A stretch of 64,000 nt of DNA from the NCBI GenBank assembly GCA_020137815.1, contig CM035352.1, positions 8,060,001 to 8,124,000 on the forward strand, given 5' to 3'. The notes beneath the pieces are model-generated. The model was given only the letters and a program-made list of their open reading frames with translations, did not search any database and was not told the DNA's origin. The translations under genes were made by a program, and so were the position numbers. Every line of letters starts with the position of its first letter. The first letter of the stretch is position 1. This DNA comes from Hormiphora californensis. Its lineage: Eukaryota; Animalia; Ctenophora. Below, one piece after another: positions 1 through 13,304 of the stretch.

Positions 1-3000
1 CAACGAAACTCCCAGAAAGGGCATGATCTGGGAAAGGTAAATGCATGTAGTTCTCTTATATTTTGTCATTATTATTACATATCATGTTTGTAGATGTTCC
101 AAAGCTGCTCTTACCTCGGCGACATGAGTAAGCCTTGTTTCATATGTTATCCTATCATTTTCAGCTGCCTTTAATTTATCATTCAGCTCATTTCGTTCCC
201 TCTCACTCTGTGTGGAAGAGAATGCACATTTAGTCCCCCGAAAAATTAAAAGATCGGAATGGGATCGGAATCTTGGCAAGTCCTGATTAAAGTGCAATTC
301 TCTATTTCTTACCTCTTCGTACATCTTCTTAAGGTTGTCATACTGCTCACTCGTTTGTCTCTGGGGAGTCTGGAATGATATGTAGCATTAGAAGATGAAG
401 GAGGGAGTTTAGGGCATGATATAATACATCGCAGAGGAGAGAACACTTGTTATATTCTAACCCTCCTTTACATTAGTAAAGACAGAGTCGAGCAAGGCAA
501 GCTAACACGCTGCTGTTGAAAATGTTGTTCACACTGTGCTTCACACACACAAAGATTCTTTACGACAACATGATAGAGTACTAAGCGAGAATTCTAACTA
601 ACTACAACACGAAGAAGAGAAAAGGGAGAATTCTACCACGAAGGATCTAAAAAGGAGAAGATTCTATCACAAAGGATCTAAAAAAGAGAAGATTAAGGAA
701 AGGTGGTAGCACTGCAGGGAACACCACCTCTTTAGATTCCCCTCTTCCATTCATCCTCTCATTTACATCACTTCTCCGGCCCGCTGCTACTTTTAGTGGC
801 GTCCTGAACACATCAAACAGTGTCTCGTTTGATCTAGATCTATCCGCAACAACATCATGATGTCCCCGCTCGCTATTGGGCCTCCTGAGCTCATCATGCC
901 CCTGATCATTGGGGGTTCTGGGCCTCCTAAACTCCAGTGAGGGTGGTCTGAGGAGTCGACTCCTGGCTGTTTGCTGCTGATCGGCATCTTCTGAAGACTG
1001 TTTCCGACGTTTTATTCCGAATGTGGTAGCAATTAGTGATGTCATATCGTTTCTAGTTCTTAACGCGGCAGAGAAATCAGGGACCATGTTTAGGGATGGA
1101 GGTGGAGATGGAGAACGGGTGTTTAGGTCACCTCCCTCAAATAGATCCGGAGTGGCGAGAACAGATCTAATTCCACCCTCCGTCTCCTCAGATTCCGAGA
1201 GAGAAGGAGCTCTGTTGTCTTGGGTACACAGCTGCAACTGCTGGGATCGAACAATCTGGACATCTTTTAGAAAATATTGGAGGGAATAGTTCGCACACTC
1301 TCGCACATTCACGTTCTATTGAGATGATCGGAACTCGGGAGGGATGGTACTCACTTCACACACTGCTTCTTTCTCTCACAAATCACACATGCTGTTCTTC
1401 ACACTTGCTTCCATTGCTGCTGCTAACCAGACACCTGTGTTCGAACATGTTCCTCACACACACGCTGCACGCATGGATGAATGGGAGGGACGCACGCACG
1501 GAGGGAGGGTGCACACATGTGTTCTCGCACTGAATCACCGCACTTAACCACACTCCGGTCTCTGCTATACTTACATGTCCATTCCTCTTGTTGACCTCAC
1601 TAAGCCGCTGCTGTAGATCCCCAATGTTCTTCTGCATTGACTCAATATCACGACTCTGTGGTAGAATACATAACGTCACACACACATAGCAACCCCACAT
1701 AGCAACAACATTTATAGCGCGTGGTAACCATGGCAACACGTTACCATAGCAACAACATGGTAACACTCACCTTGCTCCTCATGATCCCAGAGAGAGATGA
1801 AGTCAGTCCGGGCGTGCTGACAGGAGTATTTCTAGCTGAGAAATCAGGTTTCATAACATCTGGAGAGGTAACCTTCCTACTTGGTGTATTTTCTATCCCA
1901 GCAGGAGATGGGATCCTCTTCAGTGCGGTATCCATGGCAGGGGACATGATTCTACTACCGGCTGGTGAAATGATACCCTTCCTGCCAGAATCCAGGGAGT
2001 TGAGGGATGCGGAGGAGATAGATGCAGTTCCTGTTACCATGGTAATCTTGGCAGCTTGGGCGAACAAACCGTGACTTGGTTCACAGGTGAAATACCTGTA
2101 GGGGATTGGAGGTGTGGAAATGCAAGTCGAATAGGACGATTATTATTACCCCCCTCGATAATCTAGGGATGAGCATTGAGCTGGCGCTACCGACCAGATC
2201 TTAAAGTCGGATTTTTTGAAGTTGTCACCCCCCTTTTCGTGCGCGGAATGTTTTTGCGCGTCACATCACATGTTAACGTGTGGTGTGCGCGTCAAAATTG
2301 ATAAATTTCACATGCGCGGTCATTTTGGGGTGACAACTTCAAAAAATCCGACTTTATATAGTATCAAAACGGGGTCTAGCACCGCGAGACAGTGAATGAC
2401 ATCAGAGAACGATAACACCAACCTCCCCCCCCCTCAGATGAAATACCTGTAGGGGATTGGTCATTGGAGATGTGGAAATACAGTTCGAATAGGACGATTA
2501 TTATTACCCCCTGATTATCTAGGAATGGGCTGTCTAGCACCGTCCGACAGTGAATGATAAAACTCACCCCCCTCACTCAGATATAACACTGACCTCTCCT
2601 CTTTGACAGATCCATCATTCTTCCCATCAGGTGTATCCAGTGCCACACCAGCCCAGACACCCCTAGCAAAACTGGTTAACCCCACAAACATGAGAGTTCC
2701 CTCCTTCGCCCCATTCACTATACATCTCCCACCGACACGCAGCTTAAACTTTGCTTCGTAGTCAACTGTGTTAGAGCTGGGTGTCCGAATAGGCTTCATT
2801 ACTGATTCCAACTGTTGTGGAGATTGTGTCAAGAAGAGTAGTGAGAAAGGGAGAGTTTTTGTGACTTCACACACAACTGAGCGGTGGTTAAACACTGCGA
2901 GAGAGACAGACAGACAGAACGAGATGTTATAGTGATCTACAAGTACCTTTTGTATCTTGTCCGGTTTACAAAACAGACCATGATTTGGTTCACACTGGAA

Positions 3001-3547
3001 GTATCTCACTCCCTTCACCATCCCATCATTCTTCCCTCCCTCCGTATCAAGTTCCACTCCTATCCAGATACCCTTAGCAAATTGGGGTTCCCCACAGAAC
3101 TGCACCGTTCCCTCCAGACCACTGTCCCTCACTACCACCCTGGTACCAGGTTTGAAAACCTCGATAGCAGCCGAACTGGAGGAACGTGATAGGCCTCCTG
3201 AAGGGGAGGGGATGGTAAAAGACGGTCTGATTTGATAACAAAGACGGTCTTATCTGAAAGACTGTCTGAAATCGTGAGTAACGACGAAAATGTGGGACGC
3301 GCACGCGCCGAGGCGCAGCCCCCGATGCCTACAGGAGTGCACCTCGGATCGGTTAAGAATGCGCGCGACGCACAGCGACCCTCACCCGATAGTGAATGAG
3401 TTTGATGGCAGGCGGGTCTTCAGGTTGAATTGGACCTGTCGGACCTCCGCCTCGTGGGGCGGACACCGTTTGCCAACCCACCGGCCGGGCAACCTTAGCA
3501 GCTCGTCTAGCCAGGCCTCGATCGTTGCGCTTTAACCCCGGGGTCAT
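1..3547 (-). CDS. CAP-Gly domain linker protein (CLIP-170/CLIP1-2-like), multi-exon, continues past the window start
   Basis: Two CAP-Gly domains (GIWIGVELDTEGGKNDGMVKGVRYFQC; GVWAGVALDTPDGKNDGSVKEER|YFTCEPSHGLFA), then a Ser/Pro-rich linker and coiled-coil exons. Approximate GT-AG exons: 2947-3547 (indels in the 5' part), 2594-2811, 1771-2095, 1575-1655, ~314-370, ~84-209. ORF 647-1312 may be an extra exon. Confidence 0.8.
2202..2356. mobile_element. MITE, ~155 bp, ~30 bp TIRs
   Basis: taaagtcggattttttgaagttgtcacccc ... ggggtgacaacttcaaaaaatccgacttta. A paralogous empty site lies at ~3745 (gatcttagaatcaaaacgggg). Confidence 0.85.
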
Positions 3548-4875
3548 GGCTATTGTGAAGAGAAAGAGGGTGTGATTTGATGTTTTTTTCAGGGATTCGG
3601 GTTTTGTTGGGCGTATGGGTGTAGATGAGGAGAGGGAGATGAGTTCTATTTTTGACCTTGAGTGTGAAATGCAGGTCGAATAGGACGATTATTATTACCC
3701 CCTGATTTTCCAAGAATGAGCATTGAGCTGGCGCTGCCGACCTGATCTTAGAATCAAAACGGGGTCTAGCACAGCCAGTATCACCCCCCTCAGATATAAC
3801 ACTCACCTCTCCTCTTTGACAGATCCATCGTTCTTCCCATCAGGTGTATCCAGTGCCACACCGGCCCAAACACCCCGAGCAAAACTAGTTAACCCCACGA
3901 ACATGAGCGTTCCCTCCTTCGCCCCATTTACTATACATCTCCCACCAACACGGAGCTTAAACTTTGCTTCGTAGTCAACTGTGTTAGAGCTGGGTGTCCG
4001 GATAGGCTTCATTACTGATTCCAACTGTGGTTGAGATAAGGAGATTTAGTGATAGAGACAGTGAGATAGACTAGTGAAAAAGGAAGATTTACTTTTAGTG
4101 ACACTGATAGACTCCGACACATTTGATATCACACACAGCTGTGAGACAGACCGAGAGAGATCTACAAACAGGTACCTTTTGTATCTTGTCCGGTTTACAA
4201 AACAGACCATGGTTAGGTGGACACTGGAAGTATCTCACTCCCTTCACCATCCCATCATTCTTCCCTCCCTCCGTATCAAGCTCCACTCCTATCCAGATAC
4301 CCTTAGCGAACTGGGGTTCCCCACAGAACTGCACCGTTCCCTCCAGACCACTGTCCCTCACTACCACCCTGGTACCAGGTTTGAAAACCTCAATAGCAGC
4401 CGAACTGGAGGAGCGTGACAGGCCTCCTGAAGGGGAGGGGATGATAAAAGACGGTCTTATTTGATAACAAAGACGGTCTTATCTGAAAGACTGTCTGAAA
4501 TCGTGAGAATCAAGAGATTTGGTGACGCGCACGCGCCGAGGCGCAGCCCCCGATGCCTACAGGAGTGCACCTCGGATCGGTTAAGAATGCGCGCGACGCA
4601 CAGAGACCCTCACCCGATAGTGAATGATTTGAGGCAGAGGGTTTCAGGTTTGAACTGGACCTTGTTGGACCTCCGCCTCGTGGGGCTGACACCGTCTTGC
4701 CAACCACCGGCCGGGCTACTTTAGCAGCTGGTCTAGCCAGGCCTCGACTCGTTGGCGCCTTTAACCCCGGGGTCATGGCTAGTTGAAGAGAAAAGAGGGG
4801 GGTGATTTGATGTTTTTTCAGGGATTGGGTTTTGTGGGGTTGGTAGATTGAGAGGAGGGGAAATGAGTTCTATTT
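2470..4875. repeat. Tandem duplication, unit ~1.2 kb (about 2470-3655 and 3670-4875)
   Basis: Colinear exon and intron sequence present twice, with mostly synonymous differences in the exons. Confidence 0.9.
3806..4776 (-). CDS. Upstream duplicate of the CLIP-like start exon, CAP-Gly1 and most of CAP-Gly2
   Basis: ORFs 4510-4776, 4095-4367 and 3803-4024 are near-identical in protein to 3353-3547 and 2515-3138. Same acceptor-ccATG context. Confidence 0.65.
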
Positions 4876-6546
4876 TTGGGCTAGATGGGGTGTTACAGGC
4901 CGGTAGGTGGGGACAATGAACTATGAGAAACAGACTAAAGATGACAGGTCTCAGGAAAATGCAAAGTAGCACACAAACTAAACTACAGACTACAAGAAAA
5001 GGACGCTGAGAGAAAAGGCAACGAAAATCCCGGAAAAGGGGGTCCGGAACAAAAAAAGAGGAATCAGAAGTATTTTAGGGGAACATAAATGTGTTTTTTA
5101 GTGTGTCGGAGAGACATTCAATAAAGCAATTATAGGCGGTTTAAAGATAGCCCAAACATCACATCACATGGTTCACATTTTGACAGAACAGAAAAAGTGA
5201 TCTCGAGAGAGATCAACAACACGTTATTATTGAAACCCCCCCCCCCCCTTCAAGAATTACATCATGGAGAAATGATAATAGAATGACGACGCCAGATGGG
5301 ACAGTGATTAGGTTCAGATGTTGTGTAACACACATCACATGACATTATATCGGGAAACTGGCATACAATTTCCACGTCTAGAAAATGTAGACTGTGTGTG
5401 TAACGGAACTAGTGATAGACGTGTAACAGGGGACAGAAAGAGAGAGAGAGAGAGAGAGAGAGGATGAGACTACGAGAGGAGAGAGAGTAGAGAGAGCAGG
5501 AGAGAGAGCAGAGGGAGCGGGTGGAGAGAGGAGCAGAGATATTCGTGCACACAGAGACAGATGAGTAAAACTACATCCTGATCTGACTACTCAGAAACAG
5601 AGTTATCGTGTGTCACAGAAGAAAAACGCCCAATAAAATCACCAAACCTACAAGGTGCGGGGGAGCGAGAAATATGTACGGGTAACATGTTTGAGGCTCT
5701 GAGAGATTAGAGCAAAGCAATCACACAGATTGCGCTAACTGAGAGGAGGAGAGGTAGATAGTAACTGAGAGGGAGAGAAAGAGATAGTAACTCAGAGGGA
5801 TCGATAAAGGCTGAGAGATGAAGAAAGAAAAACATAGCGGACTGATGATGACAATGATGAAAATAGATATCAGTACGATTAGAAAAAGGACAATACGACT
5901 ACCTAGAAGACAGAAATCTAGATAGAAGAGGAGTATAGATTAGAGAGAAAACGTGACCCACGCAGGAAGAAACAATAAAACGTGTAGCGTATTACAATAC
6001 CGGCACCCCACCTCATCACAAAGAGAAATACAGCATCTCAGGGGGCTTGTATAACAAGACGGAGAGAGAGTGGAGCATACAGTAGAATGAGATAGAGGGA
6101 AGAATATACAGTAGAATGGGATGGAGAGGGAGGAACATAAGAGGAGCGAATGAGGAACATATACCTGAAGATAGTATATTTTACTGAAATGAAGGGATAA
6201 AAAGCAGGAAAAGTGTCATGATGAAGACTAAAAAGCTAGGATAATAAAGTAGAGAGAAAGGAGGACATCGGCAGATGGAAAACAATGTATAACAGTCAGG
6301 CGAGTCATATAAAACAAGAGTGACTTAATCGTACATGTTGTACATATAGCTGAACAAGCCATACGGCATTGCGTAAATCAATATCCCCCCTCTCTGTCTC
6401 TTATTGTATTGATTGACAAAGAGGATAATAAACGTGCATAATTATTACTGATTAATTTTGTGTGCCTTCATAATTGTAAAATCATCAAATGGGCGTAAGG
6501 TTGAGAGAGAGAGAGAAAGAGAGAGGGAGAAAGAGAGAGAGAGAGA

Positions 6547-6595
<49 letters not shown>

Positions 6596-7054
6596 AAAAG
6601 AGTGAATTACACTTGTCCCGTGAGTTAGGAATTATCACATTCCATGTTTTCTCTCTCTCTCTCTCTCTCATTCAGAATGAGTTACTCTGCCCTTGTCTCT
6701 ATATATTCTCTCTCCCCCCCCCCCCGTTCGTCAAGCGAGGACCTCATCTAAACAAGCACACACAAGAAACTGTATCCCATCTAACACCGACCAGTAATAA
6801 AACATCCCCCCTCTAAAACAACTATTCAGCATAGTTATAGTCAGATGGAAAAGACCAAAGAAGTAAAATCAGTGGTTTGAGGAAGCCTGAAATGAAGCTC
6901 CTAGTCCTGGTTGAGGAAGGGACGCCTGAAATGAAGCTCATGTTTGAGGAAGCCTGAAATGTGTTTGAATTACCATGGTGACTGTCAAGAGAAATTGGAT
7001 CAAAATCACACACACAAGACAATGTTAGCAAACCACTTTACATTGGGAGATGAG

Positions 7055-7101
<47 letters not shown>

Positions 7102-7360
7102 AAGAGAGAGAGAGAGAGAGAGAGAAACACGAGACTTGAAGAAGAAATCATACAGAAGGAAGATAGACGGGAGACCAGTGAACTATATCAAGGTGAACAG
7201 AGTGAGCTGGTGTAAAACCGGCATGCATTACTGCTAGACAAGCATCTTACACGACTATATCGCTACACAGAATTTAAACGCACGCGAGATTCGAGAAACT
7301 GAAGAGTGATATAGCCGAGAGGGAGGTAGAAAGATGAAGAGATAGAGGGAGAGAAAGATG

Positions 7361-7424
<64 letters not shown>

Positions 7425-7563
7425 GCATTCGTCTTGTGCTGCGAATTCTTACAAGGATCTCGATTTCACATCACAGTATCCCACACGTGTCCTCAGACAA
7501 GATTCTTGTCACAAGAAACTATTGAAAATTCTCAGTGAATTAAAGAAAAACTTAGAGAGAAAC

Positions 7564-7808
7564 TACCTTACTCTCGTTAATTAAGCTCGCATATTTCAAG
7601 AAACTTTTAAATAAGAAACTTTTTTTCTAGGAAAATACAGGTGTAAGCAATCCAAAAACAAAAAGAATTTCTTCTTTATCAAGAAACTAAACAAGTTAGG
7701 GGTGTTCTATTTTGTTGTGGTGTCTCTGAGTTGTGTGATTTACATTTGAAAAGTTTCTTATAAAAAAGTTTCTTACTAAAGCGTTTCTTAAAAAACGAGA
7801 GTAAGGTA
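7564..7808. mobile_element. MITE with TA-flanked TIRs
   Basis: taccttactctcgtt ... aacgagagtaaggta, with internal aagaaact/agtttctt subrepeats in inverted orientation. Confidence 0.7.
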
Positions 7809-8160
7809 CTTACAGTAAAATGTCAGAAGTAATTTCCCTCTAAAAACTATAATGTTCCTATAATGTTCCTACCGACCACTAATTGACATCAACCATGTGC
7901 TCTAGCTCGTATCTCTATCTCACTACTACCTGTATCTCACTACTACCTAAACCGCCAACGCACTCTATCTATCAATCCAATTTTCAAAATGTAACAGTTA
8001 AAAACATGCCACACAAAATAGAAACACATCTAACTTATTGTAGTTAAATTGTAGAACTAGTGCCATCACATAAACACCAAATACAACGAAAAGGGGAAAT
8101 GCAAAAACTATCAACGTGACTTAGGAGAGAAGAGATGGAAATAGTATGGAGAGAGTGAGG

Positions 8161-8233
<73 letters not shown>

Positions 8234-9060
8234 GTGAGAGAGAGAGGATATAGGAGAGAGAGAGAGAGAGAGGAATAGAGAGCGAGATAGCTCAAGATAG
8301 CAGAGAACTAGATCTGAGCGAGAGCTATCGTCTCACGAGTATTAGATATGGCACGGATCTGCAGCGTGCAGGACTCGTACGCTAGATCTGCCTACGTCAT
8401 CTCTCTCTACTGAGTAGTATCGCGAGCGCTCTGTCGCTCGCCTCCATCACGACGATCATCGGTTCTATAGCTCCTCTCTCTCCTCTCTCTCGTTCGCTCC
8501 TCTCTTCTCTACTCATCTCTCACTGCTCCTCTCCTCGATTACGCGAGTTTGTTCTCTTCTCTCTCTCTCACTTCTCTCCCCTCTCTCTCTCATGCTCTCG
8601 TTTCTCTCTCTTCTCTCATCTCTCCTCTCCCTCTCTCGTCTCTTTCTGCTGCTTTGCTCTCTCCGCCCTTCTGCTCGCTTCTGCTGTCTTCTCTCCTCGC
8701 TCCTCTTCACCGCTCGCGCGCTCCTGCCCGTCGACGCGAATCAGATAAAAGACACTAGACAGACGGTAACGAGTAGTACTAAAAGTAAACTACCATCCTG
8801 CAGAATGCAACTGAGAAGTGGTAGAAAGAGACAAGTCTTAGAAGATGAAATAAAGAGAGAAATGTGAGACAGGTAGAATAAGAAAGAAAGAAATATAGAC
8901 AGGGAGAGAAATAGAGCTAAGAGAGATAGAGAAAGAGGTACGTTTGAGAGTTGTAACTCCACTGATAGGCTGCGTGTCACCCCGTAAATTAGTTTAACAA
9001 CACACACTCTGGCAGGGCACACAAGTAATGCCATTTGTCGTGAGCATTCCTGGGTGAGAG

Positions 9061-9097
<37 letters not shown>

Positions 9098-9417
9098 CAG
9101 ATAGACATTAAGAAATTGGTTGCAGCGTGAGCGGTGAGAAAAGAAAAAAGAAATGTAGTTAACAGACATCAGTAGAAGACTAAAACATACAAGGGACGGG
9201 GGATGAGTGAGTTAGGGGTGAGATCTGATACTGCAGCAGGGGATGGGGGTATGGGGTAGTACTAAAACATACAGGGGGGGACGGGATGAGTGAGTTAGTA
9301 TAGAGGTGATACGACACTGGGGATAAGGGGGTATCATGGAGTAGTACCTGAATCCAAACAAAGTGATAGAAACTCGTTATCTCGTTTCAATAAATAAAAA
9401 CAAGGATTGATAAAAAT

Positions 9418-9876
9418 TTACTTCTTCTTGGCAACACCAACGGTCCTGCCCTTTCGGCCGGTGGTCTTGGTGTGTTGTCCCCTGACTCGGAGACCCCAGT
9501 AATGCCTCAGACCTCTGTGTGCTCGGATCTTCTTCAGTCGCTCGAGATCCTCTCGGAGCTTGTTGTCGAGCTGGTTAGAAAGAACCTGACTGAACTTTCC
9601 ATCCTTGATGTCCTTCTTCCTGTTAAGGAAGTAATCGGGGATCTTGTACTCCCTGGGCTCCTGCATGATTTTCATGATCCTCTCGAGCTCTTCTTCGGTG
9701 ATCTCACCAGCCCTCTTGGTCAGGTCAATCTCGGCCTTCTTCAGGACGATGTTGCTGTACCGTCGACCAACTCCCTTGATGGAGGTCAGGGCGTACATGA
9801 TCTTCTCTTTTCCATCGATGTTGGTGTTGAGCACTCGAAGAATGTGCTGAAAATCGGGCGCAGTCAACAGAGACAT
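9418..9876 (-). CDS. RPS18: 40S ribosomal protein S18 (uS13), 152 aa, single coding exon
   Basis: [40 protein letters not shown]...[38 protein letters not shown] at 9876 follows the acceptor ctctag|gagcc. Confidence 0.98.
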   Translation of the reverse strand: MSLLTAPDFQHILRVLNTNIDGKEKIMYALTSIKGVGRRYSNIVLKKAEIDLTKRAGEITEEELERIMKIMQEPREYKIPDYFLNRKKDIKDGKFSQVLSNQLDNKLREDLERLKKIRAHRGLRHYWGLRVRGQHTKTTGRKGRTVGVAKKK

Positions 9877-10277
9877 GGCTCCTAGAGGGGGAAACAAGGG
9901 TCAGAACAGCTAAACATTTCATACATGGAATATAATATGACCGTGTATAACGAGTCGTGTGATAAGAATGGTGATGATTGGTGGATAGTGGACTAAAAAG
10001 TTAGAATAGTTCTGGATTGACCCATGTCAGCTGGCCAATGCACAGAGCATTTAGATACAACATTGACACATGTTAAATTCTAGGTACATCGCGCTGCTGA
10101 CAATGAAATGTCATGTAATGCACTCCATATCCCACTCAATAGTATTGAGCGGTCAAGACCGGCTAGGGTTGCCTGCTATCGTATCATTAGGGCTACAATT
10201 GGGGCTCACAGCCCAAGGGCACATTCCAGAACTTGTTTTGTGCCCAGAGTATGCGTCATCTACAGTGACAGCACACA

Positions 10278-10306
10278 CTGAAGCCGCGTAAGGAGCGAAA
10301 AAGAGG
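10278..10306 (-). promoter_or_regulatory. Probable 5'TOP/TCT start of the non-coding first exon of RPS18
   Basis: Minus strand cCTCTTTTTCGCTCCTT ~430 nt upstream of the ATG; a pyrimidine start is typical of ribosomal protein mRNAs. Confidence 0.55.
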
Positions 10307-10679
10307 TCACAGGGATTTTTTAAATCTCTAAAAAATTCTAAATTTTAAATCTCAAGTTTCAAAATTTGAAAAATCCGCGCGCCCTCTGTTTTTAGCGATG
10401 CATTCTTTATATTTTAACGGCCGCCGCAAAGTATTTTACTTTGTGTGCTGCAATTTAGCGCGCGTTTCATTTTCTCGCCTGAAATAAGTTTTAAAACACT
10501 TGAGAGTGAGAGGGGGGGGGGGACCTTAAAATCTGGGTGTTTGAAGTGTCAGCACTCACGGTTTTCCAGGGTTAGGGCTAAAGTAGGGCTAGGCTTAGGG
10601 CTGGAATTTGGGTTTGGGTTAGGGCTTGACATTTCCTATCAGATAAACTTTGGATTAGCCAAAACGGGCAGCGTGTCAC

Positions 10680-12219
10680 GTATCATGCTAAAAACAAACA
10701 CGACAAAGAAGCGAATCCAGAAGCTATAAAAGCGCTAGACGACCAAGATCCATCTGTTCCAGTCCCACTGGTGCGAAACCTTGGTGTTTTCCTTGATTCG
10801 GAGCTTTCACTAACTGGAAACGTTTCAAAAACGGTAAGAGCATGCAATCTGTGTCTCCTGAATCTTTGGAAGATAGGGAATACACTAACTATTGACCTCA
10901 AAGTGAAGCTAGTAAACACCCTTGTACACAGTAGGCTTGATTACTGCAATAGTCTACTTGCGGGAGCATCTGCTAAAGACCTCGGGAGGTTACAAAAGGT
11001 TCAAAACGCTGCCACAAGATTCATCACTGGACGCCGATCTCTTCATAGCACATCAGACATTCGAAGACAGCTTCATTTTCTACCGGTTAAGGAAAGAATT
11101 AACTACAAGCTATGCTTATTGACCTACAAAGCCCTAAACGGTCTAGCACCGACGTATCTTTCTGAACTGGTACAACGTCGGAAGCACAAGCTGAAGAATC
11201 TCCGGCGTGATATGGACATAACATATCTTGAAAGGAAATACACCCGTTATTGCTCGAGCAAAGGAGCCTTTAGTGTCGCTGCACCAGCAGTGTGGAACGA
11301 CCTGCCGAAACTTCTACGTGAAAATACATCTGTCCTATCCTTTAAAGCCAACCTAAAGACTCACTTCTTCAAAAAAGCCTACAAATGTTGAAGGCCCCAT
11401 TTCCAATATGAAACAAGGACATTGTGACAGAGTGATGTGTATGAGTATATGTAATGTGTGTAGCGTGAACAAAGTGAAGCTGGAATGGTCAGTATTTACT
11501 TTTTCCTCTCTTTCCTCTATACTCTAAACTGACCCTTACTGCTAATGATTGGTTTGTTTATTTTGTAACATTTGATATCAAAAGGGAAAAAAAAAAAAAA
11601 AAAAGAAAAAGAACAACAACAAAAAAGCGAGAAAAACGTGTGAATATAAAAAACATCCCAAAAAAAAAGAAAAAAAAGTTGTTCTAAAAAAAAAAAAAAA
11701 GAGAGCTTGCGAGAAAATAGAATGATATGTGAGGACTTGTAAGTGTTAAAGCAGTCGGCAAGTGGGTTCTACTACTCCAAGTTGGTCAACTGAATTACTG
11801 GAAATTGGAAATGCTACATGATACATCTTCTTCAAGTATTCTATGTGCAACTTCGCACACAGGTTTCAGTATAGGTATCCTAGTATCAATATCCCCGATA
11901 GGGGCGGTCTTCAATTTGCTTCTTTTGGATCTTTTAGATCCTTGAATATCATGTGCACTACTGCATTTTCTGCAGTGATAGGATCTCCTAAATTATTTTC
12001 TCAACCTTTCAAATATATTAACAAAACATCTTTCAGAACATAAGAAAAATCATAATCTTGTAGTAAAACTAGCCGCTTTTGGAGCGAGGGCTGTTGGGGA
12101 TGAAAGAGGATGGAATGATGAATTTTTCTTCTTCCAACAGCAGAACTTGTGCTGAACCGTAAAACGGACAGTTAAAGAGCGGACTATAAATGTTTATTTT
12201 GTATTGTATTGTATTGTAT
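10680..12219 (+). mobile_element. 5'-truncated non-LTR retrotransposon (CR1/L2-type): ORF2 C-terminus 10771-11391 plus 3' UTR
   Basis: VRNLGVFLDSELS...LVHSRLDYCNSLL...LQKVQNAATR...LHFLPVKERINYK...FSVAAPAVWNDLP...FKANLKTHFF. Ends in a (TTGTA)n tail. Confidence 0.9.
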
Positions 12220-12339
12220 GAGGCCGAGGAGGATTGCGATTCTTTTAGTAAAAAAGCGGGATGTCAAATGACAAATGTACATTTTGATTGATTGATTTTT
12301 GAAAAACCGGGTTGACCGGGCCCATTAATACGGAATGTA

Positions 12340-12928
12340 ACAAGGCTGACAAGGGTTTTCAGGAGGATTGTAATTCTCCTGCCTCAAACAATTCGAAGCT
12401 GCACAGATGAGTCACTCTTCAAATCGAAGCTGAAGACGCACCTCTTTGACAAGTCATACGGTCCTACTGGCTGATTTGTAGCTTTGTTAGTGGAGATCTG
12501 TCTAGTCATTGTCTGTCTTGTTTTACGTGTCTTGTTCTGTTCTGAGTTCCGAGTCTAGCCCCTTTTTATACTGAGTGCAGTGATTTTTTAACATATATTT
12601 TTAACCAAGTAATCGTATAGCTTATCTACACCGTTATCTACTGAATTAACTATTAATCATTAATCTACTCTTTTTTATGATTGGAATTTTAAATTCTACT
12701 TTTTAATTATATCTATTTTAATTAACTTATTCATACAGTCCCTCAGTGTGTACCCACTTTTATCTATCTACTGTTTCTGAATGGACTGCCGCATAAGAAG
12801 GCTGGCTTAAGAGCTCTGGCGTTTTAATTATGAGTTTTTCTCTCTGTTTTTTGCGTTTATCTCTTAGCTATATTGAGTCAATTTGCGGGGTATCAAATGT
12901 AACAATTGAATTGAATTGAATTGAATTC
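12340..12928 (+). mobile_element. Second LINE 3' fragment
   Basis: Degraded ...IRSCTDESLFKSKLKTHLFDKSYG coding end, then UTR and an (AATTG)n tail at 12903-12928. Confidence 0.7.
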
Positions 12929-13304
12929 TGCTATCTAACTCAATTCTAAATACAATTGGGGCTCTGCCCCCGCTGTTGCTGGGCTCTGCTGGAGGGGGTT
13001 TACGCCCCCTAACAGTGGCTACCTTCCCTAGCCCGGACGCATACGGCACAGACCGACGGGCCTTTAGAGCACATAGCGTAGGACGTAGGTTTAAATTAGT
13101 ACCCTTACACCGTTATTTTGTCACTAAGGAGTTCTATGACGATATTGCTATTGAATAGTACGTACATTACAATAATTCGGTATTACATACATAACAATTG
13201 GTCAAGGTTTACTGTCTTGTTTGGCAATAGTTTCACACTACAGTCTGTTAGTGAACCACACCACGCCTGTCGAGGGAATATTTGTTAAATTAGATCATCG
13301 CTCT

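Noticed and set aside
5400-9170. ORFs rich in SL/ER dipeptides and an apparent GA/CT inverted structure at 8150-8720
   Set aside because: Translations of (GA)n/(CT)n microsatellites in low-quality sequence, with no domain signal.
10020-10630. Telomerase RNA (template-like CCTAACCCT at ~10567-10577 on minus, plus a downstream H/ACA-like end)
   Set aside because: The template-like text is part of a degenerate GGGTTA-type repeat. The intervening sequence is AT-rich RPS18 promoter, and no pseudoknot with suitable spacing is visible.
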